The notes beneath the pieces are model-generated. The model was not told where the DNA came from. It saw only the letters and a list, made by a program, of their open reading frames with translations, and did not search any database. From a virus (Duplodnaviria; Caudoviricetes), in IMG/VR virus record IMGVR_UViG_3300039071_000013, positions 1 to 59,108 of that record: a stretch of DNA of 59,108 nucleotides; one strand, written 5' to 3'. Made by a program: the position numbers and the translations under genes. Of this stretch, positions 46,025 through 55,135 are shown one piece after another (positions within the stretch are counted from its first letter, which is position 1; each line of letters begins with the position of its first letter).

Positions 46025-46545
46025 AATGGAATCTCATCCTCAAGTTCCATCTTGGCAGATGCTTTGGCCTTGGCTACGGGCTTCACCTCTTCTTCCTCAT
46101 CGTCGTCACCATCAGGGTTGTAGGCTTTGTGTTCCAGAACCTTAACCTTGTCGAGACGAGTACCCACGATGGCCTTGCGTGATGTGTCGTAGACAGAGAG
46201 GACAACTTCAACAGTCGAACCATTCCCAATCGGACCATCCTCGTCGTAGTCCCACTTGGTGCCATCAGCCTTGACCACAGTGGGTTCACCACCACCATAC
46301 TCTTCGGTCCACTTACGGGTGAAGCGCACTCGGGTCATACCATCGTTGTCATTGCTTGGCGAACCGCGCTTCATGGACTTGGACTTCTTGAGCTTTTCCA
46401 TGTTCTCAGTGTCGAGGTCCATGTCGATAGTGGTCTGACCACCAATCTCAACCAGCGCATTCTCGAAGCCAGTCTTGTCGCGGTTGTCTTCAAACACCTT
46501 GGCCCAGTATGCGTAGCCAGTCAGTTTTACTTTACGAGTTCCCAT
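46021..46545 (-). CDS. Single-stranded DNA-binding protein
   Basis: WAKVF, IGNGS, acidic tail ending EDEIPF. Confidence 0.8.
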   Translation of the reverse strand: MGTRKVKLTGYAYWAKVFEDNRDKTGFENALVEIGGQTTIDMDLDTENMEKLKKSKSMKRGSPSNDNDGMTRVRFTRKWTEEYGGGEPTVVKADGTKWDYDEDGPIGNGSTVEVVLSVYDTSRKAIVGTRLDKVKVLEHKAYNPDGDDDEEEEVKPVAKAKASAKMELEDEIPF

Positions 46546-46555
46546 GTTTAGCTCC

Positions 46556-46783
46556 TTACTGCTTCGTTGCTGCTTTTACTGCCCACATAGCAGCATCTTC
46601 AATGTGTGTCATGGCCAGAGCCTTGAGACGTTTGCGTTCGTTATCTTTGTTAGGGTCCATTGAACTGTCTTCGATGCCATATACTGCATCAATCAGGTCA
46701 GCCGCCATACGTTTGATTTTACCAACTGTATCATCGTTGGAGGGATTGAAGTTGATGCCAACCCTGTATTCACCTACAGTCAT
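46556..46783 (-). CDS. Small helical-hairpin protein, Acb2/Tad1-like candidate
   Basis: RLKALAMTHIEDAAMWAVKAAT; AAGGAG RBS; TTGCCT-N18-TACAAT upstream. Confidence 0.55.
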   Translation of the reverse strand: MTVGEYRVGINFNPSNDDTVGKIKRMAADLIDAVYGIEDSSMDPNKDNERKRLKALAMTHIEDAAMWAVKAATKQ

Positions 46784-46840
46784 GTTTAGCTCCTTTGCTA
46801 TTCGGGTATTGTAGCAGATTCTTCAAAGCAGAGGCAAGAA

Positions 46841-46975
46841 CTATTTCTCACCAGCCACCTTGTATTTGCGTTGTTTGCTGTTGTCCCTCTCGTACTCCTT
46901 ACCACCCTTGGCCAGACGCACAGGGATGCTGTAAGGTTTCGTGAGTTGCTTGAGGCCCTTAGTCTTCTTTTCCAT
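46841..46975 (-). CDS. Small basic protein (44 aa)
   Basis: Read manually; GAGGAG RBS. Confidence 0.5.
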   Translation of the reverse strand: MEKKTKGLKQLTKPYSIPVRLAKGGKEYERDNSKQRKYKVAGEK

Positions 46976-46987
46976 CTGTCTTACTCC

Positions 46988-47557
46988 TCAGTGGATAAGT
47001 GAGTAGTTGATACCAAACTGCACGTCGATGTCCAGCTTGATGTTGAGTTTCAGCTTCTCGTTGACCTTGTTGATTGCCCAACGAAGAACCGCTTCGTGTT
47101 CCTTCTCTTCACCCTTCTTGACCCTGTTGATGGATTCGTCGTGGAACTGTCCAACAATGTTTGGTCGTTTGGTCAGGTAGTGTGCAACCCACTGATCGAA
47201 GCAGTATGCACCTGTGCCTTGGTTGAGGGTTGAGAAGATGTCTTTCTCGTAGCGCAGCGTGTACCAGAAACCATTCACAGGGTTCTTGACCCACATCTGC
47301 CCGTTCACAGTCTTGACCTCCTGATCCTTGGCGAACTGTCTCACAGCCCAGTTCAGTTGCCAAAAACTCTCTAACAGACTTGCAGCTTCTGCCTCTGTCA
47401 TACCAGAAGACCTAGCTAGTTTTGCCTTACCTACTCCGTAGGTGGCGCTATAAGTCACTACCTTGGCCTTCTTACGTTTTGCCGTAAGGCTTTTGAAGAG
47501 CTTCTCCTGTTGGTCCTTTGGAAGGTTCTTCATTTCCTCTAGCGTTAGATTCGACAT
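46988..47557 (-). CDS. DNA polymerase A, C-terminal fragment
   Basis: Motif B R..AKVVTYSATYG, LNQGTG, motif C FHDE; own ATG with AGGAG upstream. Confidence 0.88.
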   Translation of the reverse strand: MSNLTLEEMKNLPKDQQEKLFKSLTAKRKKAKVVTYSATYGVGKAKLARSSGMTEAEAASLLESFWQLNWAVRQFAKDQEVKTVNGQMWVKNPVNGFWYTLRYEKDIFSTLNQGTGAYCFDQWVAHYLTKRPNIVGQFHDESINRVKKGEEKEHEAVLRWAINKVNEKLKLNIKLDIDVQFGINYSLIH

Positions 47558-47975
47558 AGCTTGCAGCTCTCCTGAGTAGCTCTGGGTTATCCTGAAAGAG
47601 ACCTAGACCCCTATTACAATTGTGACACAAGAGTCCTCTAGGTTTACCTGTAACGTGATCGTGGTCTAGGTTCATACCTGTGGTATGGTCTTCCCTCATC
47701 TTAAACCCCACAGTGTTACAAATAGCACACTTATAGTCTTGCTCTTGCAACTTTTCTTTTACCCATTTCAAATCCACCCCATAGGTTCTCTTGTAGTGTT
47801 TGTCAGCATACACTTCTCTCCTACAGTCGTCCTTGCAGTAATGGTGTGAAGGACCGATAGGTAGAAAAGATGTCTTGCACCATCTGCAAGCTTTCTCCTT
47901 AAAGTTTTTCTGGGGGTATTTATTTGGATTGGCAGAGAATGCCTTTTCCATGGGGTTGGGATTTTTAATGACCAT
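47472..47975 (-). mobile_element. Endonuclease VII-type HNH homing endonuclease gene inside polA
   Basis: CAIC...DHDHVTGKPRGLLCHNCNRGLG; overlaps both pol fragments. Confidence 0.88.
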
Positions 47976-49326
47976 GCTTTTTGTACCACGAGTAGAATTG
48001 ATATTCGTCCTCAGTGATACTACCAGCAATAACCAACAACTTCAAGTGGGGATCGAAGTCATCAGTAGCCATCTCGTCAACATACTCAGGATCATAAGGG
48101 TAGATGAAGTGGCGCTTGGTTGTGTCCTCCAAAGAAGTCATGTCAGCACCGCATAGTATAGTGCCTTCGTCAGCAATGAGTGAACCCCTAATCTCTTTGC
48201 CCCAAGGCTTATCAACACCGGGGAGGTTGACCAGAGGCTTCTTGTGCTTGAAGCGTAGTGTGTTGGTCAGGCCAGCAATCTCAGCCTTCACATAACCACC
48301 CACCTCAGATTCAAGCATACCCTCGAAAATAGACTTGCGGTGCTGGATCACGGTCAACCCATCAAGCAATCCCACACCGGGGTTCTTCTCAATCAGGAGT
48401 TTGACTGAGGGTGCAAGCTCTCCATCCTTGCGGACCTGAGGGATCATACGCTCAGTGCCATCCTCGTTCTTCTTGTAGTCGTGAGTACAAGGTTCCCAGC
48501 CCATAGAAAAGAGCCAGTCCTTGACCTGATCGGACGAGTTGGGGTTGGGCTGTTCGACACTCTTAACGACAAGCACAGGGTCTTCGTGGAAGAGGGGTAG
48601 GTCGTGCTCTTCCAGAAGTTTGAACCAGTCGATAGCAGCCTTGCTGTGTGTGCCATCCTTCTTAGTCATCTTCTCTGGCTTGGTCTTCTCAGCATACTTA
48701 GTCACAGGTGGCATGACCTGACGCAGTTCCTCGACCTTCTCTTCCTGAGCCTTCTCCAAGGTTGCCAGAGATTGCTCTACAAGCTCCTTGTTGATGCGCC
48801 AGCCAGCCTGTTCAGCCATAGCAGCAGACTTCATCTTGAAGGTCAGGTACTGGAAGAACTTGTCCATAGACAGCTTGTCGTCCTTGTAGACCATCTTGAA
48901 ACGCTTGATGAGGTCTTTCCAGAGGAGCCAGTTGATCTTCACATCCTCTTCACAGCGATGCTTGTACTGCTCGTAGGTCAGACCTTCCCAGTCAGTGATC
49001 TCAGGCTTAGGCACCCCGAAGTCTTCCCCGAAGGACTCAAGCCCGTGGAGTTGACGTTGAGGATACATGACCCAAGACATAGGCAGCGTGTCGTACAGCT
49101 TGGCCTTGATACTGATGCCAAGGATTTTCTCCAAGACAAGAATATCAAAGCGGGCACCGTTGTGGATAACCAAAGTTTTCGCAGATTGTAAAAAGGCCCT
49201 CATGTCGGGGTAAGTAGACAAGGATTTTGGTTCTAACCTATCTAGGGGGGAAAAGGAAATCACATGAACCTTTGTCGCCCCCTCAAGGAGTCCGTCAGTC
49301 TCGCAATCCATTACATATGCCGACAC
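47965..49326 (-). CDS. DNA polymerase A, N-terminal fragment (3'-5' exonuclease through motif A)
   Basis: DCETDG, HNGARFD, TNTLRF.H, NLPGV, GADMTSLED, DPH. Confidence 0.9.
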   Translation of the reverse strand: MSAYVMDCETDGLLEGATKVHVISFSPLDRLEPKSLSTYPDMRAFLQSAKTLVIHNGARFDILVLEKILGISIKAKLYDTLPMSWVMYPQRQLHGLESFGEDFGVPKPEITDWEGLTYEQYKHRCEEDVKINWLLWKDLIKRFKMVYKDDKLSMDKFFQYLTFKMKSAAMAEQAGWRINKELVEQSLATLEKAQEEKVEELRQVMPPVTKYAEKTKPEKMTKKDGTHSKAAIDWFKLLEEHDLPLFHEDPVLVVKSVEQPNPNSSDQVKDWLFSMGWEPCTHDYKKNEDGTERMIPQVRKDGELAPSVKLLIEKNPGVGLLDGLTVIQHRKSIFEGMLESEVGGYVKAEIAGLTNTLRFKHKKPLVNLPGVDKPWGKEIRGSLIADEGTILCGADMTSLEDTTKRHFIYPYDPEYVDEMATDDFDPHLKLLVIAGSITEDEYQFYSWYKKHGH

Positions 49327-49756
49327 TTTCTTGATGCTCCTCTATGTACGCTATCATCTTACGAAGTATTTCCGTGTCTTCTCTTACTCCCCCTAATGCG
49401 GTGTTACACCCATTGCAGAGAAGTTTACGAACTCGTCCTGTCACATGGTTATGGTCAACAGAGAGAAATTTTATTTTTGGACTACTCTCCATCAGCCCAC
49501 AAATGTAACATCTACCACCCTGCAATTCAAGCATCGTATCATAATCTTCTAGGGTTATCCCATACTTGACTCTTAAAGAGTGTTTCCTAGAAGCCTTGTG
49601 GTGAGATGCTTTTACCTCCTCATATGTGTGGTACCTGCTTAGGTTACGCGTATTGGTACACTCTTTACAGTGCGACCTCCTCTTAGTCTTGTTGTCTTTC
49701 CTTGTATGGAAAGCGTCTTCAGTTTTTTCCACTTTGCATTTTGTACACACGGGCAT
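49295..49756 (-). mobile_element. Second endonuclease VII-type HNH endonuclease gene
   Basis: CTKC..CKEC..KYGIT..CYIC..VDHNHVTGRVRKLLCNGCN. Confidence 0.85.
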
Positions 49757-49809
49757 TATTCTCTCCTTCTGGACACAACAGTTTTACACATTATGCCCAA
49801 CAAGTCAAG

Positions 49810-51381
49810 TCAGAAACCTTCACGCAATAATGTCGTGTCAGGGTCGTAAAATAAGGAACCTGCTGCCCCAAGCCTTGCGAAGGGTCTATTCTTTGAGACT
49901 TTGAAGTGCGTTGTATTTTGCTCTACTTCATCTTCGCTGTCGACTTCCCTAGAGATTTCTAGGCAGATGATAGCCTCTTCTTCCAAGGCCGCAGCATACT
50001 TTGTCCGTCCATCCTCGTTCACCTGTGAGATAAAGATCACACCAATGTTCAGTTCCTTGGCAAGCTGTGCCATCTGAGAACCGAGAGCGGTCAGCAGGGA
50101 AGTTGCACCATCAACACCAGCAGTGGAGAGGTAGGCCAGACGCTGAACGTGGTCGATGAAGATGAAGCCTGCACCATAGACTGAGGCAGCAAGACGCACA
50201 TACTCCAACAGCTTCATAGGATCGTCGTGGAGACGCATCTCGAAGATGATGGTGCGTTCCCCCTTGGTGGCCTTGATTGCTGCCTCAATGACCTCCTTCT
50301 CGTCCACAGCGTTGTACTTGGCATCGTCCTTAGTGCGGACATTAACACCCAACTCGTAGGTGGCCATAGCACGGTAGGTGGTGGACTTCATCTCTTCCAT
50401 GTGCAGCAGGGCAATGCGTTCATCAGGATCACGCAGCATGGCAGTCTCGAAGTAACGGATCACTTCTGTCTTACCTGTACCACGAGGGGCTTTGATGAAT
50501 GTAATGCCACCCTTGACCAGACCCCTGCACTTCTCGTCGATCCCAGTGTGCCCTGTAGGAACGTACTCGTAGGGGTTCTCGGTGAGGATTGCTTTCTCCA
50601 CATCCAACGACGAACAGAAGAAGTTGTCTGGGGTGTAGCGTTGGGGTTTGATTGCAGCCCACTTGAGTGCATCACCAGCGCCAGCCATCAGGAACTCATT
50701 GGCGTCCTTGTGCTGAGACATGGGGACATACCAGAACTTCTGGGGGAAGGCACCATACAGAACCTCTGCGGCTCTCTTGCCTGCCTCATCCAGTTCACCT
50801 GCATACACAACCTCTTGGAAGGTGTTGAGGTATGCGTAGTTCTTCTTGACAAACTTCTCCCCAATGCCAGCACTGGGAAGTGACTTAACCGGATAGGTCT
50901 TGCCAAGGATTTGGTAGAGGGAAGCAGAATCGAACTCCCCCTCAGTGATGTAGATACGCTTGGAGGTGCCAGCATTGAACTCAGGTCCAAACAAATCCTC
51001 GAAAGGCTTGCCCTTCTCCTTGGTCCAGAACACCTTCTCGTCGTAGCCACGGTACTTCACATTGTCCGTATGCTTGAAGGCATAGCGCACAGGTTTGTCA
51101 TTGTCGTCAAGGTGAAGCTGAATACCGTACAGCTTGCACACATCAGGGTCCAGCCCACGAATATCCTCGTAGCTAACCTTGGAGACTGGCAGACTTCTCA
51201 CATCGACTTGTTGCTTCACTGGGTAGGTCTCCTTTGCCCAATCTTTCAGTCCCTTCATACCCTTAGTTGGGTAACTCTGTCCACAAGATTTGCACTGTCC
51301 ATACCCGTTGTCGTTCCAAGAGAATGCGTCAGAGCTTTTGCAATTCTCGAAGGGGCATGGTTTATGTGGGTGCTCCGTCAC
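49810..51381 (-). CDS. T7 gp4-like primase-helicase
   Basis: N-terminal Zn finger, TOPRIM ITEGEFD and KDANE, Walker A PRGTGKT, FIDH, KNR. Confidence 0.9.
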   Translation of the reverse strand: MTEHPHKPCPFENCKSSDAFSWNDNGYGQCKSCGQSYPTKGMKGLKDWAKETYPVKQQVDVRSLPVSKVSYEDIRGLDPDVCKLYGIQLHLDDNDKPVRYAFKHTDNVKYRGYDEKVFWTKEKGKPFEDLFGPEFNAGTSKRIYITEGEFDSASLYQILGKTYPVKSLPSAGIGEKFVKKNYAYLNTFQEVVYAGELDEAGKRAAEVLYGAFPQKFWYVPMSQHKDANEFLMAGAGDALKWAAIKPQRYTPDNFFCSSLDVEKAILTENPYEYVPTGHTGIDEKCRGLVKGGITFIKAPRGTGKTEVIRYFETAMLRDPDERIALLHMEEMKSTTYRAMATYELGVNVRTKDDAKYNAVDEKEVIEAAIKATKGERTIIFEMRLHDDPMKLLEYVRLAASVYGAGFIFIDHVQRLAYLSTAGVDGATSLLTALGSQMAQLAKELNIGVIFISQVNEDGRTKYAAALEEEAIICLEISREVDSEDEVEQNTTHFKVSKNRPFARLGAAGSLFYDPDTTLLREGF

Positions 51382-51595
51382 GTTCGTCTTCCTCTATCTT
51401 GTTTAGGGTGCGAATACTATCGAAGGCATCCTGAATGTCAACCCCGTATGCTGCACAGAGAAGGATAAGCTGCAGGCCATAGTTCGCCATAGATTGTGTA
51501 GCTGCATGGTCCATGTCGAAGGTGTAAGTAGCACCACCATCCTCATGCTCCAACACTTTGTCTACGATGATGCGGAAGGGTCCATCTTCAAGCAT
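51362..51595 (-). CDS. Hypothetical protein
   Basis: EHEDGGATYTFD motif; AAGGAG RBS. Confidence 0.7.
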   Translation of the reverse strand: MLEDGPFRIIVDKVLEHEDGGATYTFDMDHAATQSMANYGLQLILLCAAYGVDIQDAFDSIRTLNKIEEDERDGAPT

Positions 51596-51672
51596 TTGAT
51601 TCTCTCCTTTATGGGCTTATGACTGCGATTAAAAACACCCAACCCACTACTGTAGCACAGGCAGCGGCTACA

Positions 51673-51900
51673 CTATTCATCGCCATCGTCCTCCATCAGT
51701 CTCTTTTTACAATGTTCAAGTAACCACAGAACAGTTCCCCCATCTGCAATAGAGGATGCGAAGTAGAGGTCTCCCCCTTCGTCAAACCCCATAATTACCA
51801 CACCGTCAGGGCAATGCCCCTTAGCTGCCTCTAAAACTCGGTCTGTCGGTAGGTTTAGACGGGTGACATTCCCAAGAGGTATTACGTTGTTAGTGTTCAT
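51673..51900 (-). CDS. Hypothetical protein
   Basis: TRLNLPTDRVL..VVIMGFD; GGAGG RBS. Confidence 0.7.
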   Translation of the reverse strand: MNTNNVIPLGNVTRLNLPTDRVLEAAKGHCPDGVVIMGFDEGGDLYFASSIADGGTVLWLLEHCKKRLMEDDGDE

Positions 51901-52114
51901 CGTCTTCCTCCTTGTGGATGTAGTAGTCACAATCTTTGCTTGGCTTAGGGTGAAAGATTGTCTGGTAGGTTGGATGCCCCGGTGTCTTACGCATACACGT
52001 CTTCTCTAGGGGGCAGTCCTGTGTGTAGCATCTTGCGTAGTCGTAGGGTAGAACTCTCCATCTCATGCTTGTAAATCCCGGTGCCAGCCCATTCAGATCA
52101 TCCTCGTTCAGCAT
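51890..52114 (-). CDS. Small Cys-rich protein
   Basis: DYARC...CPL..TCMR...C. Confidence 0.6.
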   Translation of the reverse strand: MLNEDDLNGLAPGFTSMRWRVLPYDYARCYTQDCPLEKTCMRKTPGHPTYQTIFHPKPSKDCDYYIHKEEDDEH

Positions 52115-52280
52115 CTCGGCGTTTCCCTGTGTAGATAAGCTCAATGTCATTCCTGACCAGCAACTCTATCAGATCAGGTGGAAACAACTCAATAGCCCAA
52201 GGTCCACCACCAGCCTCTTGGATAGCTCTTTGTGCAGTGATGTACCACTTGTGCAGCTTCTTGAAGTCTTTACTCAGCAT
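52098..52280 (-). CDS. Hypothetical protein
   Basis: 60-aa ORF overlapping the end of thyX. Confidence 0.55.
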   Translation of the reverse strand: MLSKDFKKLHKWYITAQRAIQEAGGGPWAIELFPPDLIELLVRNDIELIYTGKRRDAERG

Positions 52281-52977
52281 CTACCAAAGCCCTCCATGAC
52301 ACAGGGAATAGGTCTTCCATTATCACGCTGATCTGATCCGCAACTAGACGTGTCTCGTATTGGGTATCATCCTTGAGTCGCAGCTTACACATATCTGCGA
52401 AGGCATCAAGGCTTCCCGACCAGTACCACTCAGTCATTGTCGATTGAGGTAGAACCATACGGGCTTGTTCAGGTGCTACTCCAGATTCGATCATCCTGTG
52501 GTACGTTGCAGAGATAGCGGGGTAACGGTGTTCAAGCAGATACGCAGAACCAGTGCCTTCTGGTGGCCAATCCGATACACCATCACTCCCCTGCTTCTTG
52601 TCCTTGCTACGTCCACGCCATACCTCAGGTACATAGAACTCTGGTTCATCATCTACGTAACGACGAGAGATTTCATTCCACCGAAGAAACTTATGCTTCA
52701 CAAGCTGTCGTGCTACGAAGATGGGTGCCTTGACGTGGAAGGATGCGAAGGCATGACCGAAGGGGGACATGTGCTTGTGCTTGGCGAGGTAGTGGATCAG
52801 CTTAGTGTCTTTGTCGGACAGATGTTTTTTCGTTGGGGTATTAACCCACTCTCCATCCCCCATACGAAGCTCTTTGTAATCCCAATCCCACTCACTCTTC
52901 TTACCAAAGCTGACCCGTGCAGCATTAACGACAGACAGGTCACTGCCCATGTGGTCGATGTAAGTAGCCTTAATCAT
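52270..52977 (-). CDS. thyX: Flavin-dependent thymidylate synthase
   Basis: AARVSF, H.SPF.H, RQLVKH...NEISRRY, EQARMVLP. Confidence 0.93.
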   Translation of the reverse strand: MIKATYIDHMGSDLSVVNAARVSFGKKSEWDWDYKELRMGDGEWVNTPTKKHLSDKDTKLIHYLAKHKHMSPFGHAFASFHVKAPIFVARQLVKHKFLRWNEISRRYVDDEPEFYVPEVWRGRSKDKKQGSDGVSDWPPEGTGSAYLLEHRYPAISATYHRMIESGVAPEQARMVLPQSTMTEWYWSGSLDAFADMCKLRLKDDTQYETRLVADQISVIMEDLFPVSWRALVDAE

Positions 52978-53270
52978 TAGTAAAGCTCCTCAATCTTGAG
53001 TGAGTATTCGTTAGCACGTACCTGTTCTTCGGTGTAGTCGTTCACAGAGAAGTACCGAAGAACCTTGATGCAAGAGTGAACATACTGCAAGCAATCAGCG
53101 TAGTCCTGCCAGTGGTGAGCCTCAAGATACTTTCTCTGGGATAGCTTCTCCAACTCCTCGAAGTTGGTCTCCAAGGAACTCTCCAACACTGCCAAGACAA
53201 TCTCATCCATAGCACCATTGTTGATGAGCTTCTCTACGATAGAAGCCACTGCGTCTTTCTCTCTGGTCAT
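52977..53270 (-). CDS. Hypothetical protein
   Basis: 97-aa ORF, GAGGAG RBS. Confidence 0.7.
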   Translation of the reverse strand: MTREKDAVASIVEKLINNGAMDEIVLAVLESSLETNFEELEKLSQRKYLEAHHWQDYADCLQYVHSCIKVLRYFSVNDYTEEQVRANEYSLKIEELY

Positions 53271-53280
53271 GTCTGTCTCC

Positions 53281-53472
53281 TCAGAAGTTTGGGTAGAAGT
53301 TGCTGCCTGTGTGGCTGTGGTACTCAGATACTGTCTTGTACTCTTGTCTCAGATGTTCACAGGGTTTCCCATCCCACTCAGCCTGCTCCACCTGTTGCCC
53401 TAGTTTCTTTAGCAGGGTGTGGATGCTGACGAGGGATGTGTCCTTGTTGCGGTCATACTTGTTATGCTCCAC
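53281..53472 (-). CDS. Hypothetical protein
   Basis: 63-aa ORF in the operon. Confidence 0.6.
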   Translation of the reverse strand: MEHNKYDRNKDTSLVSIHTLLKKLGQQVEQAEWDGKPCEHLRQEYKTVSEYHSHTGSNFYPNF

Positions 53473-53475
53473 CCT

Positions 53476-53823
53476 TTACTCCACAGCCAGCTTTGCAAGA
53501 GGCTTGAACTCTTTGGTGGCATTAACATTCTTGGTGTCCACTGCCGTGATCTGCACAACAGCACGACCGTGAGGAGCATCAAGGATGTAGAACTCACCAA
53601 CTTGGTACCGCCCAGCATCTGCAAGGTAATGATACACTTGTTTGCCCGTCTCGAACTGAACCCCAATGCTGTGTGGCATGACCTCTTCAATATAGGGCTT
53701 ATCAACCGCAAGCACTTCGCCAGTGCCTTTGATTTCCATCACCCACAAACCTTGGCTGTTCACTGCCAGCTTGTGACCATAGAGAGTCTTTTCGAGGTGC
53801 CGAATTTCGTAGAGCTTGGTCAT
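53476..53823 (-). CDS. Hypothetical protein (start may be further upstream)
   Basis: MTKLYEI with AAGGA RBS. Confidence 0.65.
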   Translation of the reverse strand: MTKLYEIRHLEKTLYGHKLAVNSQGLWVMEIKGTGEVLAVDKPYIEEVMPHSIGVQFETGKQVYHYLADAGRYQVGEFYILDAPHGRAVVQITAVDTKNVNATKEFKPLAKLAVE

Positions 53824-53926
53824 ATCGGTTTCCTTCGGTTGTTGTTGCTGTGAGATAATTTTGTACACGGGCTTATTGCCATACTTTTGGCTGTAAATGT
53901 CATAGGCTCTTGGTACAAACCAATCA

Positions 53927-55012
53927 TCATGTTCCATCCTTGTACCCTTTCCTGACGTTTTGTGCTGTCTTAGCACCCTCGTATGTGTGCCTCATGTATG
54001 GGTTGAGGCTGGCGATGTTCTTGTGTCCTGTGACCTGCATGATGCCTGTGCTGTCAACTCCCGCAGCTACAAACTCTGTGATGGCAGTCTTTCTCAGGTG
54101 TCCAATCTTCAACTCTTCTGGCAAGCCACATGCCTGCTTTATCTGGCGAAGTATAGGCCCAAACGATTCAGGTTTCAAGGGGACATAGGCATTATCACTG
54201 GCCCTGTGGTGTGGCACCACGTACTTCTGGAAGCCCCAATCATCCTTCTGTTCCTTGAGCATGGTCAGCAGGGGTTCCTCAATGGGCATCTCTACCTCTG
54301 CACCTCTCTTGGATTGCTTGACCTTCATCCTTGCATTGTCGAGGTCGAGGTTGTCCCACTTGAGGTGGCAGATGTCTGTAGGTCTTTGCGCCCACTCGTA
54401 GCACATCATCACCAGCAGACCTACGTTTCTCCACTCGAACTTGGTGAAGGCAGTATCAAGGAAGACTTCAACCTGATCCCTCGTCCAGATCGGTGTCTTG
54501 GGTTCGTGCCTCAGCTTCTTCACCTTGGACATTGGGTTGTCGTTGATAAGGTCGAGAGATCGGGCAAAGTTGAGTACGATGGAGAGTATCCTTGCCCTCT
54601 CATTGGCCCTCGCAACCGAGTGTGCTTGAACCCAATCCTCGTAGGCTTCCTTGCATATCTTCGCAGTCAATTTGTTAATTGAGATGTGGCCAAGGTCTGA
54701 ACGAGAAACACTCTTCAAGTCTGCCTCATACTTGATCTGAGACCTGTTAGCGAGAGAGGCAAACTGCTTGGACGACAGGTAGTAATTGATGACATGGATG
54801 ACCTTGGAGTTAGGGCCAACATTCCCTTCCTTGATCTCTCCCCTTCGATAAGCCTCCACCTTCTCCATCAGTCTAGGGACTTCGTAACGTGCAGCCCTAC
54901 CGTCCTTGAAGGTCTGAGACTTAACGACACCAGCCTTGAGAACCTCTGGTGGTGGGACGAACCTGTGAACGACAGACCCATCCTTGTTCTTGACTTTACG
55001 AGTGTATTTCAT
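53927..55012 (-). CDS. Tyrosine recombinase/integrase
   Basis: AQRPTDI (R), QSKRG (K), GHLRKT (R), TGH (H), PY (Y); GAGG RBS before the ATG at 55012. Confidence 0.88.
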   Translation of the reverse strand: MKYTRKVKNKDGSVVHRFVPPPEVLKAGVVKSQTFKDGRAARYEVPRLMEKVEAYRRGEIKEGNVGPNSKVIHVINYYLSSKQFASLANRSQIKYEADLKSVSRSDLGHISINKLTAKICKEAYEDWVQAHSVARANERARILSIVLNFARSLDLINDNPMSKVKKLRHEPKTPIWTRDQVEVFLDTAFTKFEWRNVGLLVMMCYEWAQRPTDICHLKWDNLDLDNARMKVKQSKRGAEVEMPIEEPLLTMLKEQKDDWGFQKYVVPHHRASDNAYVPLKPESFGPILRQIKQACGLPEELKIGHLRKTAITEFVAAGVDSTGIMQVTGHKNIASLNPYMRHTYEGAKTAQNVRKGYKDGT

Positions 55013-55051
55013 GTCGTCCTCTAGCCCAGAGAAAATAGTTGAAGGTAGCAC

Positions 55052-55080
55052 TTGCCATGAAGAAAGACCTGTGCTACCCT
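55052..55080 (+). promoter_or_regulatory. Plus-strand promoter-like sequence facing an AT-rich palindromic tract
   Basis: TTGCCA-N17-TACCCT with TG extension; antisense to local genes. Confidence 0.4.
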
Positions 55081-55135
55081 CTATCTCTTTATGTATACCT
55101 TAAGGTACTTTTACTTCTTTAAGAAGTAATAATAC

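Noticed and set aside
47558-47964. Group I intron or intein in polA
   Set aside because: The interval is wholly endonuclease-coding, I saw no P7/R/S core, and the halves are in different frames with a stop; a covariance search is still needed to be sure
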